64,000 nucleotides of DNA from assembly GCA_965217895.1 (NCBI GenBank), contig CBDCJV010000002.1, forward strand, positions 2,336,001 to 2,400,000, in the 5' to 3' direction. This document shows positions 35,898 to 45,435 of this stretch, piece after piece (position 1 is the first letter of the stretch; each line of letters begins with the position of its first letter). Below the pieces are notes generated by a model. The model was not told the origin of the DNA. It saw only the letters and a program-made list of their open reading frames with translations, and searched no databases. A program made the translations under genes and the position numbers. The stretch is from Waterburya sp. (GTDB taxonomy: Bacteria > Cyanobacteriota > Cyanobacteriia > Cyanobacteriales > Xenococcaceae).

Positions 35898-37436
35898 ATG
35901 ATTAGTACAGCACAAAAATGTCAGACTAAAATTGAGCAGCCTGAACCAGCAGAGCCTTGTGCGATCGCAATTTTCGGCGCAGCAGGAGATTTGACCAAAC
36001 GCCTACTGATGCCAGCGTTGTACAATTTGGCTAAATCTGGTTTATTGCCTAAAAAGTTCGCTATTATCGGCGTAGCACATACAGACTTGAGTAGCGACGA
36101 GTTTCGCAGTCAAATGAGCCAGGATATTAAGGAGTTTGCTACCCAAGAAGTTGATAGTAAAATCTGGGACTGGATTGAAGAGCGACTGGATTATCTTCAG
36201 GCTGATTTTGAAGACCCTGATACCTATAAACAATTACAAAAGCGGTTATCAGAGGCAGATGAGCGACAGGGAACGAACGGTAATTATTTATTCTACTTAG
36301 CAACCTCTCCTAGCTTTTTTCGACCAATTATTGAAGGACTGGGCAAAGCCAAACTAACAGCAGAATCAGATGAACAATGGCGCAGGGTGATTATTGAAAA
36401 GCCTTTCGGACAAGATTTAGATTCTGCTCGTAGTCTCAATCAAGATATTTTTAAGGTTCTAAATGAAAACCAAGTTTACCGCATCGACCATTATTTAGGT
36501 AAAGAAACCGTGCAAAATCTGCTGGTTTTCCGTTTTGCTAACGGACTGTTTGAACCGATCTGGAATCGCAACAATATTGACCACGTGCAAATTACGGTAT
36601 CCGAAACCGTGGGCGTAGAAAAGCGGGGTAACTATTACGACAAGGCTGGTGCATTGAGGGACATGATTCCCAATCACCTGTTTCAATTACTGGCATTAAC
36701 AGCGATGGAAGCACCTACCTGTTTTGCAGCCGATGCAGTACGGGACGAAAAAACCAAACTGTTTCATGCAGTACAGGCGATCGCAACCGAAGAGGCTGAT
36801 AACTATGCAGTACGAGGACAATACGACCAAGGACAGGTAGGGGATGGAGAAGCAAAAGCATATCGCGATGAACCCAGAGTCGATCCTGACTCCGATACCG
36901 AATCTTATGTAGCACTCAAGCTATTAATCGATAATTGGCGTTGGGCGGGAGTACCTTTCTATCTAAGAACGGGTAAATATATGCCCCAAAAGACCAGCGA
37001 GATTGCGATTCAGTTTAAGCAAGCACCTTTTGCCATGTTTCGCGACACCCCAGTTGAATGCCTAACTCCTAATTTTCTGGTAATTCAAATACAGCCAGTT
37101 GAAAGAATCTCTTTGCAAATTGGGGCGAAAGTTCCAGGAGCGAAGGTAAATATCGACGGTGTAGAAATGGACTTTTCTTACAAAGATTGTTTTGGTGCTG
37201 CTCCCCAAACTGGCTACGAAACCCTGATTTATGACTGCTTAATCGGCGATGCCACTCTGTTTCAAAGGGCGGACAACACCGAAGCAGCCTGGAAGATTGT
37301 CGATCCCATACTTGAAGCCTGGAAGCAAAGTAAAGCCGATTTTCCTAACTATACTGCGGGAACTTGGGGACCAAAATCGGCAGATGAGTTGCTAGAACGA
37401 GATGGTCGTCAGTGGCGAGTTATGTCTGTTGAGTAG
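35898..37436 (+). CDS. zwf: Glucose-6-phosphate dehydrogenase
   Basis: [23 protein letters not shown] and [13 protein letters not shown]. Confidence 0.96.
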   Translation: MISTAQKCQTKIEQPEPAEPCAIAIFGAAGDLTKRLLMPALYNLAKSGLLPKKFAIIGVAHTDLSSDEFRSQMSQDIKEFATQEVDSKIWDWIEERLDYLQADFEDPDTYKQLQKRLSEADERQGTNGNYLFYLATSPSFFRPIIEGLGKAKLTAESDEQWRRVIIEKPFGQDLDSARSLNQDIFKVLNENQVYRIDHYLGKETVQNLLVFRFANGLFEPIWNRNNIDHVQITVSETVGVEKRGNYYDKAGALRDMIPNHLFQLLALTAMEAPTCFAADAVRDEKTKLFHAVQAIATEEADNYAVRGQYDQGQVGDGEAKAYRDEPRVDPDSDTESYVALKLLIDNWRWAGVPFYLRTGKYMPQKTSEIAIQFKQAPFAMFRDTPVECLTPNFLVIQIQPVERISLQIGAKVPGAKVNIDGVEMDFSYKDCFGAAPQTGYETLIYDCLIGDATLFQRADNTEAAWKIVDPILEAWKQSKADFPNYTAGTWGPKSADELLERDGRQWRVMSVE

Positions 37437-37533
37437 GAGGTAGGGAGTCATGGAGAACTTTTCCCTAAATTTTACAGTTAAGTCCGATCAAAGATTGCAC
37501 TAATCAATTTAACAATTAAACAAGGAGAATACT

Positions 37534-37737
37534 ATGTCAGATCTAACAATTCAAGCTAAAGATAACGGTCCTTTTATCGTTAAAGGAGATGCTTCCATTA
37601 CCGACGGTAGTGGAGACGCTTTTGAAACCAAAGACCATATAGCTCTTTGCCGTTGCGGGGCTTCTACCGAGCGACCTTTCTGCGATGGTACTCATGGCAA
37701 AATCGGTTTTGAAGCAGCAGAAAAAGCCTCCGAATGA
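37534..37737 (+). CDS. CDGSH iron-sulfur domain protein
   Basis: NGPF.V.G and ALCRCGAS..RPFCDGTH; aggag RBS. Confidence 0.92.
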   Translation: MSDLTIQAKDNGPFIVKGDASITDGSGDAFETKDHIALCRCGASTERPFCDGTHGKIGFEAAEKASE

Positions 37738-37833
37738 CAAAGCATAGCTCAAGAAATATAGCGATCTCCCTTATCAAATCAACTTATACAGCGATCGCTA
37801 TCTAAAAAATTCGAGAAATTTGGAATAATCACA

Positions 37834-38649
37834 ATGAATAAATCTACCAAAGTTTCCTTAGTAGTCGCTGACGTAGACGGAACCCTAGTCAACCATGATA
37901 AAGTGTTAACCGATCGCGCCTGTGCTGCGGTCAAAAAACTACACGATGCCGACATTATATTTGCTATCACCAGCGGACGACCACCTTTGGGTATGAAAAT
38001 GCTGGTTGAACCGCTAAATCTCAAAGCACCGATAGGTGCATTTAATGGCGGAATATTTATCAATCCTGACTTTTCGGTTATCGAACAAAATAGTCTGCCC
38101 CAAGATGTTACCGAACAGGCAATTTCCATTATCAGAGAGCATAACTTAGATGTTTGGATTTATCTAGAAAAAGACTGGTACGTTCAGGACAAAAATGGTT
38201 CTCATGTAAACCGCGAGAGCAATACCGTGAAGTTTAAGCCTACTGTGGTTGATAACTACGACAACTTACTGAGTAATGTAGTCAAGATTGTGGGTGTCAG
38301 CGATGACCTGGATGCGGTCGCAGAATGCGAAGCTGCTACTCAAAAGACATTGGGAGATCGCGCCTCTGCTTCTCGTTCTCAGCCTTATTATCTTGATATT
38401 ACCCATCCTCAGGCGAATAAAGAAACCGTAATTAAGCGTCTCTCCCAAATGCTTGATATTTCTCTAGAAGAAATTGCTACCCTAGGCGATATGTCAAATG
38501 ACGTGCCGATGTTCAAGCTTAGCGGCATGAGTATTGCAATGGGCAACTCTAATGAAGATGTGCAAAACCAGGCAACATACACGACTGATTCTTATACAGA
38601 AGAAGGTTTCGCCAAGGCGAGCGACCCCCTAAAGGGTTCAACAGTTTGA
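37834..38649 (+). CDS. Cof-type HAD-IIB hydrolase; last residues come from a repeat element
   Basis: DVDGTL, TSGRP and GDMSNDVPMF motifs. After EEGFAK the DNA switches to repeat sequence ccaaggcgagcgacccc. Confidence 0.9.
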   Translation: MNKSTKVSLVVADVDGTLVNHDKVLTDRACAAVKKLHDADIIFAITSGRPPLGMKMLVEPLNLKAPIGAFNGGIFINPDFSVIEQNSLPQDVTEQAISIIREHNLDVWIYLEKDWYVQDKNGSHVNRESNTVKFKPTVVDNYDNLLSNVVKIVGVSDDLDAVAECEAATQKTLGDRASASRSQPYYLDITHPQANKETVIKRLSQMLDISLEEIATLGDMSNDVPMFKLSGMSIAMGNSNEDVQNQATYTTDSYTEEGFAKASDPLKGSTV

Positions 38650-38703
38650 CGGGCGGTATAAACGTCGCAGCAAAGCTACGACGACACGCCCCCCAAGTTT
38701 GGG

Positions 38704-40182
38704 TAGGGCTGTTTCATTCTAGAGCTAAAGTGCGGTAAATTGATATAAAACCTAATTTAACCGCTCAATGACTTTAAAAAACTTTGATAAAAGCTTAATT
38801 GACTATTTGAAACAAATACCTGATGAGCGAAAAGCAGGTGAATGAATGAGCATCTCAGTATACTCACAATAGTCAAGGTCAATGGATTGCAATTGATGGC
38901 AAAAGTTTGAAAAATACTGTCAACGACTGTTATGGACAACAGCAAAACTTCGTCATGATGGTTTCGGCTTTGACTCATGAAGGCGGGGAAATTTTAGGCA
39001 TAAAAGTTAGGGAAAATAAGAAACAAAGTGAGATTGTCGCCGTGCAAGACTTATTAGAATTGCTGCATTTAAAAGGAGTGGTGTTCACGATGGATGCTCT
39101 ACATTGTCAAAAAAAACAGTCTCAGCAATTATCGACAGTGGTAATAACTACCTAATTGTGGTCAAAAGAAATCAAAAAACATTACATCGACAAATTGAGC
39201 GGAGGAAATGCGTGGGTTTCCCGCGCTTATTCCACTCCGCTGTTGAATTTCAAGCAACAAGTACAAAGGCGATTAGTTGCTTTGAGCAGATCGAGAAGAC
39301 GAGAAATCGACTAACTCATCGAACTGTAGAAGTATTGGCTCCTCCATCAAACATTGATTCTCAATGGGTTGGAGTTCATAGTATCATCAAAATTTTCCGT
39401 TCGCGAACAAGAGGTAATCACGATTACGAATCGGATTCGGCGACTTATTATATTAGTTCTTTACCCAACTCCTTCGGAGTTAAGTAGCAAGTAGCGCGTT
39501 CTGGAGAACGCCGACATCGCTTCGCGATGGCGACACGCTCCAGCGTGTGCAAATAGCAGATAGCAATTAAGAAAAACTCCGAAGTTGGATATGCAGTCTC
39601 TTCATTGATGAGGAAAAGATGAAAAAATAATTCAACTCTCGAATACATGCGGGCAAGCCCTTTGTCTGACACAGGAGCTATCGCTCCATGTCGTCGTCTT
39701 CGACGACTTTGCAAGCTTTGCTTGCTGTGGCAGAGGTTGAACTTGCAGACGCGAAGCGCGTCTGGCCGTTGCGGAGCAACGTCGGCAGCCTCCAGGCTGC
39801 GCTACTTGTTATCTTGCTACTTGTGAACAGCAACTTCTTGGCTTATTCCCCAAGGTATTGGCCGACATTGGGGTATCGAGAATCGTTGGCATTGGGGAGG
39901 CACGGACGGCGAACCTGCGTCGCCGTATTGAGTGCCGTTTAAGGATGTCGTAACGAAAGAAGATAACAGCCCTCAACTTCACGGCAAAGCATCCACAAAC
40001 ATCTCTTTGATTAAAAGTTGGGTTATTAACCTACTGAGAGTTCATGGTTTTGATTCTATGACTGAGGCAATCAGTTATTTAAGCCATAATTTGCCATTAT
40101 TACTTTCTTTGTGTCACTGATAGGTGTAGTGAATAGATTTATTCGCGATCGCATCTTCTATTTTGAGAATGAAACAGCCCTA
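38704..40182 (+). mobile_element. ISAs1 family element, decayed transposase
   Basis: 17-bp TIR tagggctgtttcattct / agaatgaaacagcccta. Fragments IAIDGKSL, SEI.AV..LL, TMDALHCQK, VKRNQ, YYISSL, HWGIEN..HW.KDV..ED. N-terminal deletion, A-run frameshift, three insertions. Confidence 0.92.
39467..39835. mobile_element. ~365-bp non-coding multi-hairpin insertion inside ISAs1
   Basis: Interrupts the transposase between YYISSLP and ..QGIGRHWGIEN; caact repeated at both ends; aagtagcaag/cttgctactt inverted ends; about 10 short stems. Confidence 0.75.
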
Positions 40183-40520
40183 CCAAACTTGAGGGAACAA
40201 GATCTAAAAGTCCCTCAGAATTGAGGGATTTAGGGGGCGGTATTCATTCCCAGTCAAACAGATAAGCGATCGCTTGAGTCTTAATCTACGCTGTATACTT
40301 TACCTAAATTTATGGTTTTGCCCCCCTAGCCCCCCAAGTTTGGGGGGAACAAGATCTAAAAGTCTCCCAGGATTGGGGGATTTAGGGGGCGGTATTCATT
40401 CCCAGTCAAACAGATAAGCGATCGCTTGAGTCTTAATCTACGCTGTATACTTTCATCCCAAGCCTAGGGGAAACAAAATCCAAAAGTCCCCCAGGATTGG
40501 GGGATTTAGGGGGCGGTATT
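40183..40520. repeat. Three tandem copies of the ccccaa..ttggggg / gggggatttaggggg palindromic repeat
   Basis: aacaagatctaaaagtc..gattgggggatttagggggcggtatt x3; the tail cattcccagtcaaacagataagcgatcgcttgagtcttaatctacgctgtatacttt occurs twice. Confidence 0.85.
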
Positions 40521-40549
40521 TGTTTCCGAACTAAACTTAAAAGAACAAA

Positions 40550-40909
<360 letters not shown>

Positions 40910-40930
40910 TTATAAGAATTAGACTTTCAC

Positions 40931-41032
40931 TATTTTACGTATATTCATCCATAAAGCTAGCCCTTCAGTTTATACATTTTATTTGTTCGTTTTATGATAT
41001 AGGATTTGGGCTTTGAGGCTCAAGGCGATCGC
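40931..41032. repeat. ~100-bp direct repeat, copy 1 (glnB upstream region)
   Basis: Near-identical to 42287-42388; both end in HIP1. Confidence 0.85.
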
Positions 41033-41151
41033 ACGTGCGTAGTGCGATCGAAGCTTTGGGGTTTCCTCAGGCGTTCATGTCGGACGTGGCGGAGTAATCT
41101 GTGACTGTCGAGTTATAATTTTGATCGAAATCGACAAATTAGAAAATAGTT

Positions 41152-41334
41152 ATGTCAACCCTTGAGCAAATTGAAGCAGCTATCCTTACACTTTCGCCAA
41201 ATGAGTTTCAACAACTCAGAAAGTGGCTTTTTGACCTGGATTATGAGCGTTGGGACGAGCAGTTAGAGCAGAATGTCGCAGACGGTAAGTTAGAGGCTTT
41301 AGCTGAAGAAGCGATCTCTCAATTCAAATTATAG
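41152..41334 (+). CDS. Small antitoxin-like protein, probably C-terminally truncated
   Basis: MSTLEQIEAAILTLS...WD.Q.E....GKLE.LAEEAI resembles partners of RelE/ParE-like toxins; no toxin follows. Confidence 0.6.
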   Translation: MSTLEQIEAAILTLSPNEFQQLRKWLFDLDYERWDEQLEQNVADGKLEALAEEAISQFKL

Positions 41335-41487
41335 ATTGTAAAGCGATCGCCCTAAAGAATTCCGATCGCGGATATCGCTACCTGTAGCTTTAGGATCGCT
41401 GAAATAACGATGTTATAATTATTTTCATAATCGGCGCGGTAACTTTTGATAACGAACGCAAAGGCTTCAAAGTATAACAGTACAACA

Positions 41488-41784
41488 ATGAGTAACATAC
41501 AAATAGAGTCCGACCTCAAAGAAATTCTTAATAAGCTGGAGCAAAAACTAGATCGCATCGAGAATAAGTTCGATCAAAAACTAGATCATCTTCAGAAAGA
41601 CGTTACTGATATAAATCTGAGATTAACCAAGGTAGAAACCAAACTTGACAGCACCGTAGAAGATATCAAGGAAATTAAAGGTTCACAAAAAGCGCAGATC
41701 TGGACGCTGATTGGAGTCTTGATTACTGCTGTTGCTGGGTTTCTCATAGCAGTTGGCAGATCTGTTTTTTCATTTAATCCTTAA
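41488..41784 (+). CDS. Coiled-coil protein with C-terminal TM (XhlA/DUF4164-like)
   Basis: MSNIQIESDLKEIL...QKAQIWTLIGVLITAVAG. Confidence 0.75.
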   Translation: MSNIQIESDLKEILNKLEQKLDRIENKFDQKLDHLQKDVTDINLRLTKVETKLDSTVEDIKEIKGSQKAQIWTLIGVLITAVAGFLIAVGRSVFSFNP

Positions 41785-41796
41785 GATCAAATAGTA

Positions 41797-41971
41797 TAGG
41801 ACTTCCTCACTCGCCCCCTAAATCCCCCAAGACGAGCGACCCCCGCGCATGGTTCGACATCGGAAAGCATTCCCTTGCGCCTGACGGCGGCGCGGGGTCT
41901 TTCCTCAGTTTGACGGGCGTCATAAACGCCTGGGAAACCACAGGCGCAAGGGGGGGAACTTTCAATTCTTG
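41797..41971. mobile_element. Partial copy of the TAGGACTT-type MITE with different nested inserts
   Basis: taggactt..cactcgccccctaaatcccccaag.cgagcgacccccgcgcatggttc shared with 35365-35423. Confidence 0.75.
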
Positions 41972-42286
41972 CAGTATTTTGACTCATTCTTCTTAAAATA
42001 GCAGCGCGAAAAACCTTGGAAATTTTGGCTTTACTCAGCGATCGCCGTAATGGTATAATTTTTTTATAATGGGAGTGGTGACTTCGATACATAACTCTAA
42101 GCACTTCCATTATGAAAATCTTAATTTCAATTAAACCACGTTTGGCGATCGCCAGTCAAGATTTTAATTTTTCAGTACAAAATAACTAATCATTTGTTTT
42201 ATTTGAAATAACTATTTTGAAATAAAACAAATGATTAGGTAAGGGCGAACGGCGAAACGCCCCTACAATGAAAATTTTAGTTCTAA

Positions 42287-42388
42287 TATTTTACGTATAT
42301 TCATCCAGAAAGCTAGCCCTTCAGTTTATACATTTCATTTGTTCGTTTTATGATGTGGGATTTGGGCTTTTAGACTGAAGGCGATCGC
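42287..42388. repeat. ~100-bp direct repeat, copy 2
   Basis: tattttacgtatattcatcca.aaagctagcccttcagtttatacattt.atttgttcgttttatgat..ggatttgggcttt..aaggcgatcgc. Confidence 0.85.
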
Positions 42389-42727
42389 TTCACCGATGCA
42401 GTCGCTCTTTGTAGGAAACCAACAAGACCCCTAAAGGCGCGTACTGCATCGCCTTTTTTTTGCCAATTTTGAAACTAAATATTAGTAAAAATACAGATGT
42501 TTTTTATCAATTGATATTTGGTAATTATCTTCATCCTAAATTTATCAAATTCAAGTCAACAATATCATTTCTTATTATTGAAAGTTCAGTATTTTCAGGA
42601 GTTTACGTTGCCTATTCGTCACTGTTATTGTTGATTCACTGGCAAATTAAAGTCCAACAAAGACTAAAGACTCTCAAATTAACTAATACAAAAACTATTT
42701 ATTTAGAAACAAAGGAAATCAATTCAA

Positions 42728-44170
42728 ATGCTTAAATTTATTAATTCTATAAAATACAGTTCAACTATTCTTTTAGGTGTTTTGATAGCAAGCTCTATAG
42801 CTGCCAAACCTGCATCTGCTGATAATAATGCTTTGACAGTCACAATAGAAGCACCAACAATTCAAACTGCACTATCAAAAACAAATACTTATGTAGTTGA
42901 TTTTAATGATCAATCTGGAACAACAGGATTTATTAAAACCAATGGTACTGGTACTAATGCTACTACCTATACTTATGGTGGCAGTTTAACAATTCTAAAT
43001 GCAGATCAATGGGGCGGTGCAAACAAAACTAAATATATTACCCAATCTCAAAACATCAGCAGCTTCAACGTAAAAGTTAATAAAGACCAAAAATACTTTG
43101 GCTTTTGGTGGTCAGCAGGTGATAGTGCCAATAAGATAATTTTCAAAAATAAAGGTGCGGAGGTAGCTGTTTTTCAGACAAAAGATTTAGTAGGCTTTAT
43201 CAACAGCCGACCCGCTGCTGAAAAAACTTTATACTATGGAAATCCTAATTGTCTTATTGCTGGTGTTGCTCCTTGTGGTACTAATACAGGTCATAAAGCT
43301 GAACCATTTGCTTATGTCAACGTCTATTTTAATAACCAAGTATACGATGAAATCGTGATTGAAACTACATCATCTTCAAAATTTGAATCGGATAATCACA
43401 CTTTTTCAGCACAAAATCAAACTGTTACGGGTGTAAATGTACCACAACTAGCTAGTGCTGCGAATGACCTGCTTTCTACTAGTGAAGATGATAGTATTAC
43501 TGGCAATGTGATTACCAATGATTTAGGTGTAGGCTTGAGTGTCACGAAGGTCAATAATGTTACAGCTAATGTAGGTAAGCAAATTACTTTGTCTTCTGGT
43601 GCTTTAGTAAAACTCAATAACGATGGAACTTTTACTTATAATCCTAACAGCAAGTTTGAGCGTCTCAACCCTGGTGAGACTGATACTGATACTTTTTCCT
43701 ACACCATTAAAGATAATCAGAACAACGTTAGTACTGCCACTGTAACCATGACTATTAATGGTGCTGCGGATAACCCTGTAGCGGTAGATGATACGGCTAT
43801 TACAGATGAAGATACAGTTAAAGAGATTTCTGTTCTAGAGAATGATAGCGATCCTAATACTCCTAAAGAAAATCTAACTATCACTCAAATTGGTAGTTCC
43901 GCAATTAGTGTTGGAAGTCCAGTTACACTTCGTTCTGGTGCAAGAGTTGAGCTTATTCTAAACACAGATTCGTCAAAATATAGTACTGAAGGAAAGTATA
44001 TTTTGAAATACGATCCAAGCCCTAGTGCTTCTTTAAATCTTCTTAACAATGGACAACAGGCTACTCCTCCAGAAACCTTTACTTATACAGTGAGCGATCC
44101 TGAAGGTAATACTGGTCGAGGTAATGTAACTGTTACAGTTAACGGTATCACAGATACTTATTCTGACTAA
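42728..44170 (+). CDS. Secreted surface protein: beta-sandwich domain plus two Ig/cadherin-like repeats
   Basis: Signal peptide, YFGFWWSAGD and FESDNH motifs; A.ND...T.ED, DGTFTYNP, ETDTDTFSYT and PVAVDD repeats. Confidence 0.85.
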   Translation: MLKFINSIKYSSTILLGVLIASSIAAKPASADNNALTVTIEAPTIQTALSKTNTYVVDFNDQSGTTGFIKTNGTGTNATTYTYGGSLTILNADQWGGANKTKYITQSQNISSFNVKVNKDQKYFGFWWSAGDSANKIIFKNKGAEVAVFQTKDLVGFINSRPAAEKTLYYGNPNCLIAGVAPCGTNTGHKAEPFAYVNVYFNNQVYDEIVIETTSSSKFESDNHTFSAQNQTVTGVNVPQLASAANDLLSTSEDDSITGNVITNDLGVGLSVTKVNNVTANVGKQITLSSGALVKLNNDGTFTYNPNSKFERLNPGETDTDTFSYTIKDNQNNVSTATVTMTINGAADNPVAVDDTAITDEDTVKEISVLENDSDPNTPKENLTITQIGSSAISVGSPVTLRSGARVELILNTDSSKYSTEGKYILKYDPSPSASLNLLNNGQQATPPETFTYTVSDPEGNTGRGNVTVTVNGITDTYSD

Positions 44171-44204
44171 CATTAACTAGTTAAACTTTAAATAATTCTT
44201 CAAA

Positions 44205-44441
44205 GCGATCGCACGTGCATAGTGCGATCGCTTTTTTCTTTGATGTGGTAATAGTGCGATCAAATTTTAATTATTCCATCGCCAGGTAAGATAGATAGTT
44301 TAAAGAAACAAACCAAGTTATAGCGATCGCGTAGCTTTTAGATCGCTTGTTTATGAGGTGATAATGCGATCGCTTTTTTGTTTAAAATACTATTTGCTTG
44401 AATTCAGGCGATTACGAGATCGTGTAGCCGAAGGCGATCGC
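44205..44441. repeat. Composite HIP1-bounded spacer (modules reused throughout the TA array)
   Basis: Sub-blocks recur at 45117-45143, 45694-45720, 46321-46426, 47082-47254, 47344-47383 and 48167-48204. Confidence 0.85.
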
Positions 44442-44453
44442 TCTTTCTTGATT

Positions 44454-44465
44454 TTGTATATACAA
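44454..44465. promoter_or_regulatory. Palindrome upstream of brnT, candidate autoregulatory operator
   Basis: ttgtatatacaa is a perfect palindrome just 5' of the toxin start. Confidence 0.5.
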
Positions 44466-44467
44466 TT

Positions 44468-44776
44468 ATGTATATTCTAATTATGGAATTTGAGTGGGAC
44501 GAGGATAAAAATCAAAGTAATATCACCAAGCACGGTATTGACTTTCAGCAAGCGAAGCGAGTTTTTGAAGATCCTAATATATTAACTTATGAAGACACCC
44601 GCTTAAACTATAAAGAAATAAGAGAGATATCTGTCGGACAATTACTATTAACAACTCAGCAACAAATAATCATCGTGGTGGTTATTCATACCGATAGAGA
44701 TGGAAAAGTCAGGCTAATTTCAGCTAGAAGAGCGAGTAAACGAGAGAGAAAACTATATGAACAACAGTCAATTTAG
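44468..44776 (+). CDS. BrnT family toxin (DUF497)
   Basis: FEWDEDKNQSN..KHGIDF and RLISARRA..RE. Confidence 0.92.
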   Translation: MYILIMEFEWDEDKNQSNITKHGIDFQQAKRVFEDPNILTYEDTRLNYKEIREISVGQLLLTTQQQIIIVVVIHTDRDGKVRLISARRASKRERKLYEQQSI

Positions 44777-45080
44777 TCCTAATATGTCTCTTGAAGAAAG
44801 AGAAAAAAAACTGGTAGAAATGTCCGATCGCGATATTGACTTCTCCGATATTCCAGAGTTAGATGAAGCCTTTTTTAATAATGCCAAACTGGTGAAAAAG
44901 AAACCAGCGACAGAGGCAATATCCATAAGAGTTGATACTGATACCCTAGAGTGGCTTCGTAAGACAGCCAAAAACAATCCAGAAATCAAAGGATATCAGA
45001 CTTTAATCAACGATGTACTAAGAACTTATATGATTCATCAAATAAAGAATCGAGAATACCCTACGAAATCATCGACATAA
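44757..45080 (+). CDS. BrnA family antitoxin (DUF4415)
   Basis: IDFSDIPEL, ISIRVD.D.LEW and GYQTLIN.VLR.Y. Confidence 0.92.
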   Translation: MNNSQFSPNMSLEEREKKLVEMSDRDIDFSDIPELDEAFFNNAKLVKKKPATEAISIRVDTDTLEWLRKTAKNNPEIKGYQTLINDVLRTYMIHQIKNREYPTKSST

Positions 45081-45207
45081 GAAAAGTTATTTCATTCTCA
45101 AACTAAATATTTAAAAGCGATCGCACGTGCATAGTGCGATCGCTTTTTTGGTAGTTTATTGAGAATAATAATGCGATCGTCACACTAAATAAAATACATT
45201 GAGATTT

Positions 45208-45435
45208 TTATAGGCTATTAATAAACTCTTCTGGACTTACTCGTGCTTGTTTGAGAATACCGCTTAAAGTTCCTATTTTTAACTCTCGATGTATAGGTAC
45301 AACACAACCTATTTGTCCATCTGGCGTTATTTTTTTCATAATGACATGACTATCAGTTTGACGGGTTTTCTCAAAGCCCAAACTTTCTAATGCTTTAATT
45401 GCTTTCTTGCTAGAAATTCTAGGCAATCTAGGCAT
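45208..45435 (-). CDS. HicA family toxin (GSH motif changed to DSH)
   Basis: MPRLPRIS...IKALE.LGF..RQTDSHV...VPIHRELKIGTLSGILKQA. Confidence 0.88.
   Translation of the reverse strand: MPRLPRISSKKAIKALESLGFEKTRQTDSHVIMKKITPDGQIGCVVPIHRELKIGTLSGILKQARVSPEEFINSL

Noticed and set aside
39448..39942. ORFs of 88 and 84 aa
   Set aside because: Chance frames across the hairpin insertion in ISAs1.
40183..40520. CRISPR-like repeats
   Set aside because: The intervening sequences are themselves duplicated; this is the common C5/G5 palindromic repeat.
41787..42110. 107-aa ORF
   Set aside because: Reads through a MITE and nested repeats; no protein-like features.
42460..42735. 91-aa TTG ORF
   Set aside because: AT-rich upstream region of the surface protein gene; no RBS or motif.
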